A stretch of 64,000 bases of DNA from the IMG/VR virus record IMGVR_UViG_3300042691_041259, positions 96,001 to 160,000 of that record; one strand, 5' to 3'. The DNA comes from a virus. Lineage: Duplodnaviria; Caudoviricetes. Both the position numbers and the translations under genes were made by a program. Positions 48,101-55,511 of the stretch are shown one piece after another. Each line of letters begins with the position of its first letter. Positions within the stretch are counted from its first letter, which is position 1. The notes beneath the pieces were generated by a model. It saw nothing but the letters and a program-made list of their open reading frames with translations, was not told the DNA's origin and made no database searches.

Positions 48101-50616
48101 TTGTTTACTAAATCTTCACTTGCAACATATGTTTGTGAAAATGTTGGCGGCAGCACAAAATAACGACTTCCTTGTGTAAGCCCTGTAACCACTTCAATGT
48201 CAACTACGTCGCCTGATCCTCCAACCGTAATTACTTTTACTCTAATTGGAGTGGAGAAAACACCACCACCCAGAGTAATAATGTCGCCTACGCTATAATC
48301 CACGCCGCCATCGGAATTCCCCGATAGCGTATATAGAGACGGGGCGGCTTTTACAAATGCAACACCATTCCAAAGTTTTGATGGCGAAGCATTTCCCGAA
48401 GTCGAACCTACGGATAGCACTGGGATTTTGTTTACTGTGGCGAGTGGAGCCTCAATGTTTACACCTTTGATTGTATAAGTAGCAAAGTATGATTGCAAAG
48501 TATCTGTTCCTGGTGAATACGAATAAGCAATTTCGTTAGTATCGTATCGGCGAGCATCCTCAATAGGAATGCGAGTATCATTGGCATTAAAGTCAACTTT
48601 CCGCGTAAGTTCCACCACAAATTGTTCTACTCGGTCATTCCAAGTATTGGCAGCGTATCTTTCATAGTATACGCCTTCTCCAACAATATCAACAATCTTG
48701 GCATTCAGTGGTATGAAACCACCTTCCAAGTATTGTTTTAAAGCAAACAGCTTAATTAGAATTTCATGATTGCTAAATTGAAATGCATCAATAGTCTGTG
48801 GAACGCCATTTTCATCAAGAACTCCGCTTTCCTTATTTAAGTCGTAGAAGAGACCGAATTTATTGGTCTTTTTGTAAACTCTGCTTGGCATCATTTCCAA
48901 GCTTCCATAAGGAACTCCTCGTTCTTCTAATTGAAACGGAATCTGGACCTGCTTGTATTTTCTATAGTAAACATCCTGCTTATTAACATTAAGCCAATAC
49001 TCTTTAATTCGTATATCATAATAGCCAAACCAATTGACAATATTTACCAATCCTTTATATGCTCCAAGATAAGGCCAAATTTGGTCTCCTTGCAAAAGCA
49101 TTTCTTTTCTCTTTTGATTGAGAAGCAGAAAGTTTGGCATGTCTTCAAAAACATCGCTATCTCTAAAGATCAATTCTTGGTTTTCGGTAACGTCTCTTCC
49201 AAAATTCTGTAACAATCTGCCTAGTCTTTCATCTTCTCCTTGTGCCTCGGCTCTAAGAGAGATTTGCGATATTAACACAGGTGCATAAGGAAACGTAACA
49301 TCTTCAAGTACAAAAACGCGAATATAGCTACCTTCAGTTCCTGCAGAAAAACCAAGATGGAATTGCATAAGTCGCTCATCCCATTCTTCGGTCACTTGTC
49401 TAAATTGATAACCAGGAACGCTAGCACCGGAAAAGTTTCCAACTGCCGGAAGTCCAGTAATTCCTGCTGTGAATGCGTCAGGCGATGTAAGATTTGTAGT
49501 ATCTGTAGGGGTATGAACAAAAGAACTGACTTTGGTAATTACTGGAAAATCTTCTTCGTACTTCACAGTAAACATAAATATCTCATCTTCCAATCCAACC
49601 ATTCTGCCACGCCACTTGGGAACCGCTCTAAAAAACATAGTTACCGGAGCAGCGGTATTTGCAATTACAGGAATAGTATTTGGCGTAGAAAAGTATACAA
49701 TTCTATTTGATACCTGAACAACATCATAAGTTCCCGCGATCAAAAGAGGTGCCGCTGCATCATATACGCGGATTGACATGCCCGCTACAAATCCGTGAGG
49801 CACATATGCTTCTAAAGCAGTACCAGAACCATTTTGGGTAGGAGCGGAATCTATAGTAATTTGTGTAAGACTGTCTACAGAAACAATTTTAGTTCCTGCG
49901 GGTATTCCAGTTCCTTCAACAAACATACCAGCCGCCAAACTGGCAGTACTGGCTATGCTAAAGATTTTTTTCTGGCCAGCAATAAAACTTCCGTTAAATG
50001 AATTTATGAATACTGAAACCGAACCAACACCAGTGCTAGATTCAATAGCGTCCACAGCTATTTTGTTATTATAGAATCCTACAGGGTTGGCAGGTCCTTC
50101 ATTAGCTCTTGGAAAGCTGTAACCATAATTAAGACTTCCAGGAGTTTGTGGCGACGCTACAACTTGCTCCAAAACAAAAATGTCTTGGTTTTCAATTAGA
50201 CCTGTAGAAACAATATCAAAGTACATTTCTCCAAGCCATGTAACATTTGGATAAGCAAATTTGGTATTTCCAGGTTTCCAATCAGAATTACCAGTAAACG
50301 ATAGACCATTAAATCCAATAATAGTTCCAGTTAGTGGATCGACTACTAAATCAGCGGGATCGCTATTCCATACGTATTTTGTAATAAGATTTTCAAAACG
50401 CAAGTATGCGCTTCCTGTGATGTCATAATTGTATCCTCCACTTGTAATTTCTAGAGAAACAATTCTACCTTCTGGGCTGGTATACACATTAAATGTAGCG
50501 CCGTATCCTCCAGAATTGGTAGGATCCACAACAGTTACCAGCGTAACTGTTTGCGGAAGAAGGTTAATTTCATTACCCTTCTTATCAAAGAAATTGAGCC
50601 TGTTTGTTAAAAGCAT
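42154..50616 (-). CDS. Giant baseplate wedge protein (gp7-like position), multidomain
   Basis: 2820 aa, two genes downstream of gp6; YKGLVNIVNWFGY..IKEYW wedge-like segment; two PKD-like domains, a YVTN-like propeller and Trp-rich repeats. Confidence 0.55.
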   Translation of the reverse strand: MLLTNRLNFFDKKGNEINLLPQTVTLVTVVDPTNSGGYGATFNVYTSPEGRIVSLEITSGGYNYDITGSAYLRFENLITKYVWNSDPADLVVDPLTGTIIGFNGLSFTGNSDWKPGNTKFAYPNVTWLGEMYFDIVSTGLIENQDIFVLEQVVASPQTPGSLNYGYSFPRANEGPANPVGFYNNKIAVDAIESSTGVGSVSVFINSFNGSFIAGQKKIFSIASTASLAAGMFVEGTGIPAGTKIVSVDSLTQITIDSAPTQNGSGTALEAYVPHGFVAGMSIRVYDAAAPLLIAGTYDVVQVSNRIVYFSTPNTIPVIANTAAPVTMFFRAVPKWRGRMVGLEDEIFMFTVKYEEDFPVITKVSSFVHTPTDTTNLTSPDAFTAGITGLPAVGNFSGASVPGYQFRQVTEEWDERLMQFHLGFSAGTEGSYIRVFVLEDVTFPYAPVLISQISLRAEAQGEDERLGRLLQNFGRDVTENQELIFRDSDVFEDMPNFLLLNQKRKEMLLQGDQIWPYLGAYKGLVNIVNWFGYYDIRIKEYWLNVNKQDVYYRKYKQVQIPFQLEERGVPYGSLEMMPSRVYKKTNKFGLFYDLNKESGVLDENGVPQTIDAFQFSNHEILIKLFALKQYLEGGFIPLNAKIVDIVGEGVYYERYAANTWNDRVEQFVVELTRKVDFNANDTRIPIEDARRYDTNEIAYSYSPGTDTLQSYFATYTIKGVNIEAPLATVNKIPVLSVGSTSGNASPSKLWNGVAFVKAAPSLYTLSGNSDGGVDYSVGDIITLGGGVFSTPIRVKVITVGGSGDVVDIEVVTGLTQGSRYFVLPPTFSQTYVASEDLVNNIYYSGVGRGFKLDQQDIQYVLEGVKTTTQGKGYPILDPPVFTPADPDTGLPIVCTYNFNLTTVQGPYVGYFDQGTQLEVLTNEPYAPVAAFLELEATGFDVTWDEMIFSWDNLWSATEATLKAYVSPLPAGTGAIEAIEIIDPGSGYTRTPTVDFIGGDGINATATAYMRNGEVKILDLEVTSINALSPTSARAFFATPQAVFPLQVQILPTMFVVGTDTGGNSLDKPCVVLAYDTVGGNYVDISTSFNSVPGNFNIQIHAIEINSSGSAYTSTPEVKLTGGHTSTLYTWDEIGRGNFYDMEWKVTSEPGTSNFIYTSGQKSIDKLITHTVPLPYKGFYKVELIVYDTDNNWVNEIKRDYVEVYMPEALSSFATRYIGPSDTPGVYDGSGQESNILQMEQNCVDTWDEAFYMWDEFWGRWINHIKTWTVWDDCDILWDTLNVTPLSQENNWNYPKAPDYDVWKVSAYDSLVGKVTEFNPITGVVTVELSDVQNRPIATSFGAEIVYLRRDGSVFPVEATSATDFVTYVEYTISSVPAWPSSFEANPTAWEVLREVANTIVIQDDLYTPENGKTLIPGQYVTLKGDNNTPLNDSRWNLDHPLASWGIPIYAKNVDPVTTLYSGIITDGTSPITEQWVSGQIYNYRNQSYENGNLNLGVLGNPAPVVVETLDSPTEANWGNRAMFYVNNTNTNTYATTADLLKEVRPGFTEFDLVITQPDKTFWWAFDPLDPEISPPLIQPISIFTGAGAYRPSPDGGPGFIYGVYVPPSTNNAYYIDLEAATQNNISIAANVKKLFYVRELDRFFYPEGQTIGNDIYTLDPNTNTASLFTTLTSANSTNANMVFVRDGGSGYDMLYCATSDEFAYCVDANTGSIIAQIDTTPNTSCSGITYDPVRKRIWVLAGDNSPLSIIDADPNSPNWNTIIDTVSLPAAVLGIRYVEHIDRIIAFNLSVATTVYYELECSYPYTRTNKNISANWNTVTALAYHEADGHWWVSRNVGGTPRIDVYSFFDLSTPVYTINPTVPGVFRVMVYNPVTNSVWVTYQIGGIFALYEIKGKIFNEGTTLYEQHFRTIDMYEDSSNQGSPWNIWSAGESSIICIEATALEGKKFDELNNWLGQIDDIDIFGWIEYKYNVFPTRTYTSLQNGITGNLDITMDFNTRPILGEFENSIVFPAEPYTGRGWFFDWGISEGEYSQEIINVGEFYQIPGWSIVTVKDPNHELYRCDSTFKLKARDFDEDYADTHLGVKLGWSEVLNLDWDAMCSQTWNTIDWPYSLSANFRFVAENSGETFLQFNEYDPLYYDMPAVSYPEIAVFATNFLNNNIYDVSGYWGKNDNPGLSKFYYEVSSDTIGAVDQGFYTWGDPTDSNLYGDDTIAAVGDFVLGTNIQPGWEVSGAGAGQVTLGSSGAFTVGGAIPWIPACVIHGDMVAGSKVVSNIVGYQSDLPLAGWLWDPNALTIIGEFGPGIGLINENSGFVTTLTMFAPAATTVESFCMEVYPKRAGSVKFILSTPASDPDIVINAYAKSPGADSLGYVRSNTNNLFVSNHYIYEPGVSDLTEWNHTFPLGNYYNWVQNRDIFYGAGLENSLLQFAQPYRNIQTYIYEGGENRYSDYNAVNGGWYPSKSWSSPNGQVDGFPFLTPIANTFPNLYKPGTVVSIFDVNGNAIVPPTPDDLYLVLNSFFDGQATIYNAGSPFDFSTSTFFAANYSNWDQYPIPIVIKFASNVYNSAASPVSSETLTIEAVVVNPQTGLIGRNAVYFNGTTNIDGALIFDPETYQITSITQPTAPFTPALMPSPIESLKSGMVIGEVSGGPVLTNQFKTKIISVDNKNSLINIDIPIDSAATAVFYAYTPLDLNIKIQPVTRQLWSSTEQWDSMRLQYESSINSAFTWEDTTISLRERKIPAGCSVLFSSDASDIAGKTHFLWNLYHDGTKVCSIEDSDFMWTFLETGLYDLELEITDTNGNTQSRYNKDYIEVYMADRNEG

Positions 50617-50891
50617 TAAGAGTGTACTTTATAGTTTTTATCTACTGTGTAATTGAAAGCCTTCTTAATACTTCCTATGTAATTGATGAGATAAACAAGC
50701 ATTGTTTGAAATTGCAAAAACGTATATTCTTTTCTTGAATCCACCAATAAGTATTTAGAAGTTGTTTTTTCCAACAAGCGCTCTTCATAATCAAACCCTT
50801 GATTTTTCAGGATGTCTTGTTGATGTATCATCCAATTGTAATAACTGGGTCTTCCTAAATGAGGCCCGGGTTTTGGTGTTTCGGTTATCAT
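50616..50891 (-). CDS. Small baseplate-associated hypothetical protein
   Basis: 91 aa; translationally coupled to gp6 (ATGA) and to the 2820-aa gene (TAATG). Confidence 0.6.
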   Translation of the reverse strand: MITETPKPGPHLGRPSYYNWMIHQQDILKNQGFDYEERLLEKTTSKYLLVDSRKEYTFLQFQTMLVYLINYIGSIKKAFNYTVDKNYKVHS

Positions 50892-52588
50892 ACGCTCTTT
50901 TTGATATTATTTACTTCAATTCGGTGAAGCTCCATATTTAGAGATCTTGGTGTATCTTTTTTGGTGAATGTGATATTTAGAGTTGACGGCTTTCCAGTCT
51001 CAATTCCCGTATTGAAGTACTCTCCATATCGATTAGCCCAGCCTCCACGAATAACTACAAGTTCTCCTCGATCCATTATGATATCACCAAATTCATCCAA
51101 CCCAATATCTTTCTTTGCAGCATTATTTGGATCTTTTTTGAATTGCTCATTTTTTTCACATACAAAGTATACGTTAACTGAGTCAACTCCTTCAACAGAT
51201 TCAATTACTGCTATGAGATCGGATTTTGGAATTCGATCTCTTCTACGGTTATTAAGAAAATAGTCAGAGCATTTAGAAATTATTTGCTGTCGAATAATAT
51301 CTTTGTTGAACCCTTCAAATGCTGTAACGTTTACCATCATCACGTATCTACTAATAATAGGATCCACAACTTTGTTTACCACTGTCATTATTTTTTGGCC
51401 ACTCCGTTCTATCAATTCGTACACCTTTCTCTTTTCGTCACTAGTGAGTCTAAATAAGTTAATTGGAACAGAAAAATAGTCATCAGAACTTTTTTTCCTT
51501 TTATTTACATCGGGTATGAGAAAGAGATACACGGTATTGTCATCCTCAAGATTTTCATCACCGAGAGTATTAAATGCATCAATTACCGAGAAAAAATTAA
51601 ACTTCTGAAAAAAGTATACGTAGTTGTCGGTATTGGCCAATACGTAAGATCTGCTGGTTTTTGGTGCAAGCAATTTTGTAAGAGCTATCGGTTCTGCATC
51701 GGATCCAAAAGAAAACGGCTCGATCATGGCTATACTAAGTATCTTATTTAGATCTACTTCTTCACCAGCAATATCATAGCCTTGCTGTAAAAATTTGAAT
51801 GGCGGAGACGAGTCGGTAATGATATTTCCAGCATTTCCTGAAGTTGTCATATATTCAACCCGGATAACTGCACCTAATGGCGGCTGAGCTCCAAAGTACG
51901 TATTGCCAAAAAATACATCTATTCCGCTATCAATACCGGTTTTTACAATGCATGCATTTTCATTATAGCTTATGTCATAAAGAGAATCGTACTTCTTCCA
52001 CTCTTCATTGTTTACATAGACTTTAACAAAAAAGTTGTCAATGATAAAGTTTTTCTTTGGAGTTGTAGTAAACGATTGAAGAGCTGCACCGGTTCCCGTG
52101 AAAGACTGTGCCTCTATTGCGCCTTGCATTGTATAGACCTCAATAGTATTTTTCCCACTTAGGTCTATTGTCACAGCTTCTTGATCCATTACCAAGGTAT
52201 ACGTAAGACCATTAGTACCACATTGTAAAGTGGTAAAATTAGGAATCACAACGGTATTACCGTACATGTCAACCTTTGCACCATTGTAAGTAAACTTTAA
52301 AGTGCCAGTTGCGGCAATTGCCCGAGTGGGATTGTGGCCGGCAATTCTTGCCAAACCTCTAATAGAATTAGGACGCTGCGCTGTGTATATGTTCAGCTCA
52401 TTAATGCTGTCTTCTACATAATAGAACATCAGCCTACCCATGTCAAGAATCACTTGTAATAGCTGACCGTATGGGCTAGCGGGTGAGAAAACTTGATCGG
52501 ATTGCTGATACTTTGATTCCAGAAAAGACTTTACATCAGTATACATCTGACTGTAAGTTATTCTGGTAAGTTTGAATATCTCTAGCAT
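50888..52588 (-). CDS. Baseplate wedge subunit (T4 gp6-like)
   Basis: SI..LARIAGHNPTR..A, G.DAEPI....LLAP..., DSVNVY; directly follows gp25. Confidence 0.8.
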   Translation of the reverse strand: MLEIFKLTRITYSQMYTDVKSFLESKYQQSDQVFSPASPYGQLLQVILDMGRLMFYYVEDSINELNIYTAQRPNSIRGLARIAGHNPTRAIAATGTLKFTYNGAKVDMYGNTVVIPNFTTLQCGTNGLTYTLVMDQEAVTIDLSGKNTIEVYTMQGAIEAQSFTGTGAALQSFTTTPKKNFIIDNFFVKVYVNNEEWKKYDSLYDISYNENACIVKTGIDSGIDVFFGNTYFGAQPPLGAVIRVEYMTTSGNAGNIITDSSPPFKFLQQGYDIAGEEVDLNKILSIAMIEPFSFGSDAEPIALTKLLAPKTSRSYVLANTDNYVYFFQKFNFFSVIDAFNTLGDENLEDDNTVYLFLIPDVNKRKKSSDDYFSVPINLFRLTSDEKRKVYELIERSGQKIMTVVNKVVDPIISRYVMMVNVTAFEGFNKDIIRQQIISKCSDYFLNNRRRDRIPKSDLIAVIESVEGVDSVNVYFVCEKNEQFKKDPNNAAKKDIGLDEFGDIIMDRGELVVIRGGWANRYGEYFNTGIETGKPSTLNITFTKKDTPRSLNMELHRIEVNNIKKSV

Positions 52589-52604
52589 TGATTGACTTTT
52601 AATG

Positions 52605-52967
52605 TTACACGGCTACCAGCCCAAAGGCCTTGGTACCATTAACATATATATCAATGTAAGCAACATCCCTGACAGTTCCAGGGACAAAATTGATTTCTAA
52701 TTTAAGATTGAATGCGCTGGCTTCGGGTATGTAACTAGCAATTTGTTGGTCAAAAGCCTGCTTTAATTCGTTTGCGCTAAACCCAAAGTCAAATAAGAGA
52801 TCCTCAAGACTAATACCAAATTGCGGATCCCCAAGAATTTCACCCTTTCGAGTAAACATAATCATTTTAAGCTTCTGTATGAGAATACGCAAAGAGTCTC
52901 TCTCTTCAATTTTAAACGCCTCATACCCAGGCTCATTTTGATTGATTATGTATATGTCCTTAATCAT
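52605..52967 (-). CDS. Baseplate wedge subunit (T4 gp25-like)
   Basis: IQKLKMIMFTRKGEILGDPQFGISLEDLLFD; start moved to MIKDIY (TAATG overlap at 52967). Confidence 0.85.
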   Translation of the reverse strand: MIKDIYIINQNEPGYEAFKIEERDSLRILIQKLKMIMFTRKGEILGDPQFGISLEDLLFDFGFSANELKQAFDQQIASYIPEASAFNLKLEINFVPGTVRDVAYIDIYVNGTKAFGLVAV

Positions 52968-53698
52968 TAGTGGAAGATGTAGAACCAATCTGGGCTATTT
53001 TCATCGTCAATCCTTTGTTTGATTTGTTCAAGTTCTTCTTTTCCTTCCTCTTTAATAGTGTCCGCATTTACTTGAACACCTCCTGGAAGATTAAACGTAA
53101 AGAAACCAAGGATTCTACCTAATGAGATTTTAGCCTGCGCAGTAACCCATCTTTGGAAAAACCAATCGTCGTAAAGTTTGTTCTCCTCAATTTTAACATA
53201 GGTTTGTACCGCGCAATTTCTTTTTGGATTTCTACCAATAATTTTCAGTCTCTTTGTATTTCGATTAAAGTCGTACGAAACTCTTTCTAAGATAAACGCC
53301 TGGGTCAAGTCCCAGTAAGAATATTGTGCAGCCCTAAGAACCAAGTCATCCGACGCAAATGGCGAGAGAAAAAGTTCTGCTGCTAATAAACGGTTGTCAT
53401 AAAAGTCAGCATCAATAGTGCCCAATCGGCCGGCTCCTTGTATTTCTCTAATTTCGTAAACGGATATTACGCAGTCGGGCATAAGTATGGAACGAGTCTT
53501 CCTAAAGTCTTCTTGCTGAAACCAGTCTTTAGTTATCACATAGTATTGTGTTTCAACCGCGGGTCCATAATTGACATAAAACCAGTTAAGAGCTTGATCA
53601 ATAACCCGCTCCATTTCTCTTTCAGGAACTGAATACGGGAGTGAACAAGATCCGGTGATCTCATTATTTACCATTTCGATAAGTTCTGCTCTGGTCAT
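52967..53698 (-). CDS. Neck protein (T4 gp13-like)
   Basis: VIDQALNWF; WFFQRWVTAQAKISLGRIL..LPGGVQVNADTIKEEGKEEL matches the gp13 C-terminal pattern. Confidence 0.75.
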   Translation of the reverse strand: MTRAELIEMVNNEITGSCSLPYSVPEREMERVIDQALNWFYVNYGPAVETQYYVITKDWFQQEDFRKTRSILMPDCVISVYEIREIQGAGRLGTIDADFYDNRLLAAELFLSPFASDDLVLRAAQYSYWDLTQAFILERVSYDFNRNTKRLKIIGRNPKRNCAVQTYVKIEENKLYDDWFFQRWVTAQAKISLGRILGFFTFNLPGGVQVNADTIKEEGKEELEQIKQRIDDENSPDWFYIFH

Positions 53699-53722
53699 TT
53701 GTGTTTTCTTATTTTTCTCCGA

Positions 53723-54070
53723 TTATTCAAAATCGGGCAAAAAGCCAAGACTATTCATACAGTCTTGATTAAAGTATGCCTGTTGTGATCTTGGATATTT
53801 GTTACTAAAAATAATTTTATCATCTTTAGCGACATCCAAAAAGTATACCCCTCCACCAATACCGGCTGTGATTGCCCATTCGGCGCCAGATCCACGTTCT
53901 TTTGCTACGTAAACATCCACTTGATCAAAGCGATTGTCATCGTCAAGCGTTTCTTCGCTTCTTTCCGCATCTCTGTCAAAGCTTATTCCACCAAGTCTTA
54001 ATTGTTTTTCAATATCAAAAGGTAAATGCGCTTCGCCAACAAACGCCTCAAACGTTTTTAAGTGCTTCAT
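53723..54070 (-). CDS. Small protein with a capsid-targeting-like leader
   Basis: MKHLKTFEAFVGEA; ATGA coupling to the amidoligase stop. Confidence 0.6.
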   Translation of the reverse strand: MKHLKTFEAFVGEAHLPFDIEKQLRLGGISFDRDAERSEETLDDDNRFDQVDVYVAKERGSGAEWAITAGIGGGVYFLDVAKDDKIIFSNKYPRSQQAYFNQDCMNSLGFLPDFE

Positions 54071-55470
54071 TTCTTTTCTTTCTTTTTATCTTTTTCCTTG
54101 GATTCATCCTTGTAACTACCTGGAGATTCTACGGGTTCTTTCTCTTCAACAATCATGGTTTCTTTAGAAACATTGGCAAGTTTTCCAATCTCCCCGTTAC
54201 GTATTACCCCTCTCACGACTTGGCAATTAATGATATTTGACTTGTTTTCAATAAAGCAATCATTACAAGCATTTTCAACATGTAATGGAGATTCCACTAT
54301 CTTTGAAAAGTCAACCGTGTTTCCTTTTGGAAATACGCTAAATCCAATACGGCTATTCTTAATTTTACAACCGTAAAAAGAACAACGATCCATAACACCT
54401 TCAAGTTCGCAATCAATTATTTCTAAATCGGTAAGCCTACAATTTTTTAATTTGGTGCTCTTTAATTGAAAACGACCAATTTCACTATCCAAATTAAACT
54501 CGCCTTTGGTCATACCGCCAGAAACAATAATTTCAAATAGTTTGTCTCTAAGATTGATCCAAACGCCTTCGAGTACATCATCATTGTCGTTCATATCTAA
54601 TGTTACCTTAATATCAGGGAACTCCTTTTTAAACGACGCATATTTTACAAAAGCTTGCGATATTTTATTTTGCTTTTCAATCATTTTCTTGAACTCTCGC
54701 ACTTCCGATGACGTGAAATCCATGAAATTAAGAACAGAATGCATATGCGTAATAAAGTAAGAAACCAGATCTAAAATCTTCTTGGTTTTCTTTTCATAAT
54801 CCGCGCCACCCATGTAACGATATTCCAAGTAGTTCTTTTCGAGTTTGAGGAAATTTACGCCATAATACTTTTCAAATGGAGTTTGGAAAGCATTTCTGCT
54901 GTAAACTGTGCTATCTTTATTGATAAAGAAGGCTGACTTATTTGGAAGAATTTCTTTAATGCTTCGAGCATAAACAGAATCTCTTCTCTTTGGAAAAACT
55001 GAGTACACGTTTTCTTCATCAAAAGAAAGAATGAACTTTAGAACATTCATATTTTTGATGTCAAATATGGTTGGAAGCTGAACATCGTCAATAGAAATGT
55101 TGACGTGAATGGAGCATCTTTCCGTGGTGTACCCATTATTGCTAATCCATTCCAGCACTTTAATAATGACATTCCGGGCTTCTGTATATTTCATTGGCCC
55201 AGTCACTAATTCGCACATAGTCTTTCCACCGGAATAGTCCGGTTCGAGCTTAAAAATCTCATCGGTTGGTGCTACTGGAGAGTGGTACAGCGGTTTAGGT
55301 TCTTTAATATCGGAAAGGGCCATTGGAACAACAACCCGTTTCCCGATATATTTTGATATTGACCGCGCTGTCTCTAAATGGCCTTTCAAATTAGAATAGA
55401 ATTCAAATTCTATCCCAATCTTTCCTGCCTCTAAAATTTCTGCAGGGCTATAGTTCTTCTTAATTTTCAT
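54067..55470 (-). CDS. Putative amidoligase (COOH-NH2 ligase, glutamine-synthetase-like fold) with C-terminal beta-helix-like repeats
   Basis: GIEFEF, EPDYS, ELVTGP, CSIHVN, KYYGVN, EYRYMGG; C-terminal ~5-residue repeats (LKNCR, IIDCE, IKNSR, IINCQ). Confidence 0.75.
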   Translation of the reverse strand: MKIKKNYSPAEILEAGKIGIEFEFYSNLKGHLETARSISKYIGKRVVVPMALSDIKEPKPLYHSPVAPTDEIFKLEPDYSGGKTMCELVTGPMKYTEARNVIIKVLEWISNNGYTTERCSIHVNISIDDVQLPTIFDIKNMNVLKFILSFDEENVYSVFPKRRDSVYARSIKEILPNKSAFFINKDSTVYSRNAFQTPFEKYYGVNFLKLEKNYLEYRYMGGADYEKKTKKILDLVSYFITHMHSVLNFMDFTSSEVREFKKMIEKQNKISQAFVKYASFKKEFPDIKVTLDMNDNDDVLEGVWINLRDKLFEIIVSGGMTKGEFNLDSEIGRFQLKSTKLKNCRLTDLEIIDCELEGVMDRCSFYGCKIKNSRIGFSVFPKGNTVDFSKIVESPLHVENACNDCFIENKSNIINCQVVRGVIRNGEIGKLANVSKETMIVEEKEPVESPGSYKDESKEKDKKKEKK

Positions 55471-55489
55471 TTAAACAGCTTTCTTTTTA

Positions 55490-55497
55490 TATTTATC
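55490..55497 (-). promoter_or_regulatory. Putative late promoter GATAAATA
   Basis: 20 nt upstream of the amidoligase start. Confidence 0.5.
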
Positions 55498-55511
55498 TCA
55501 GTATGAGTAAC

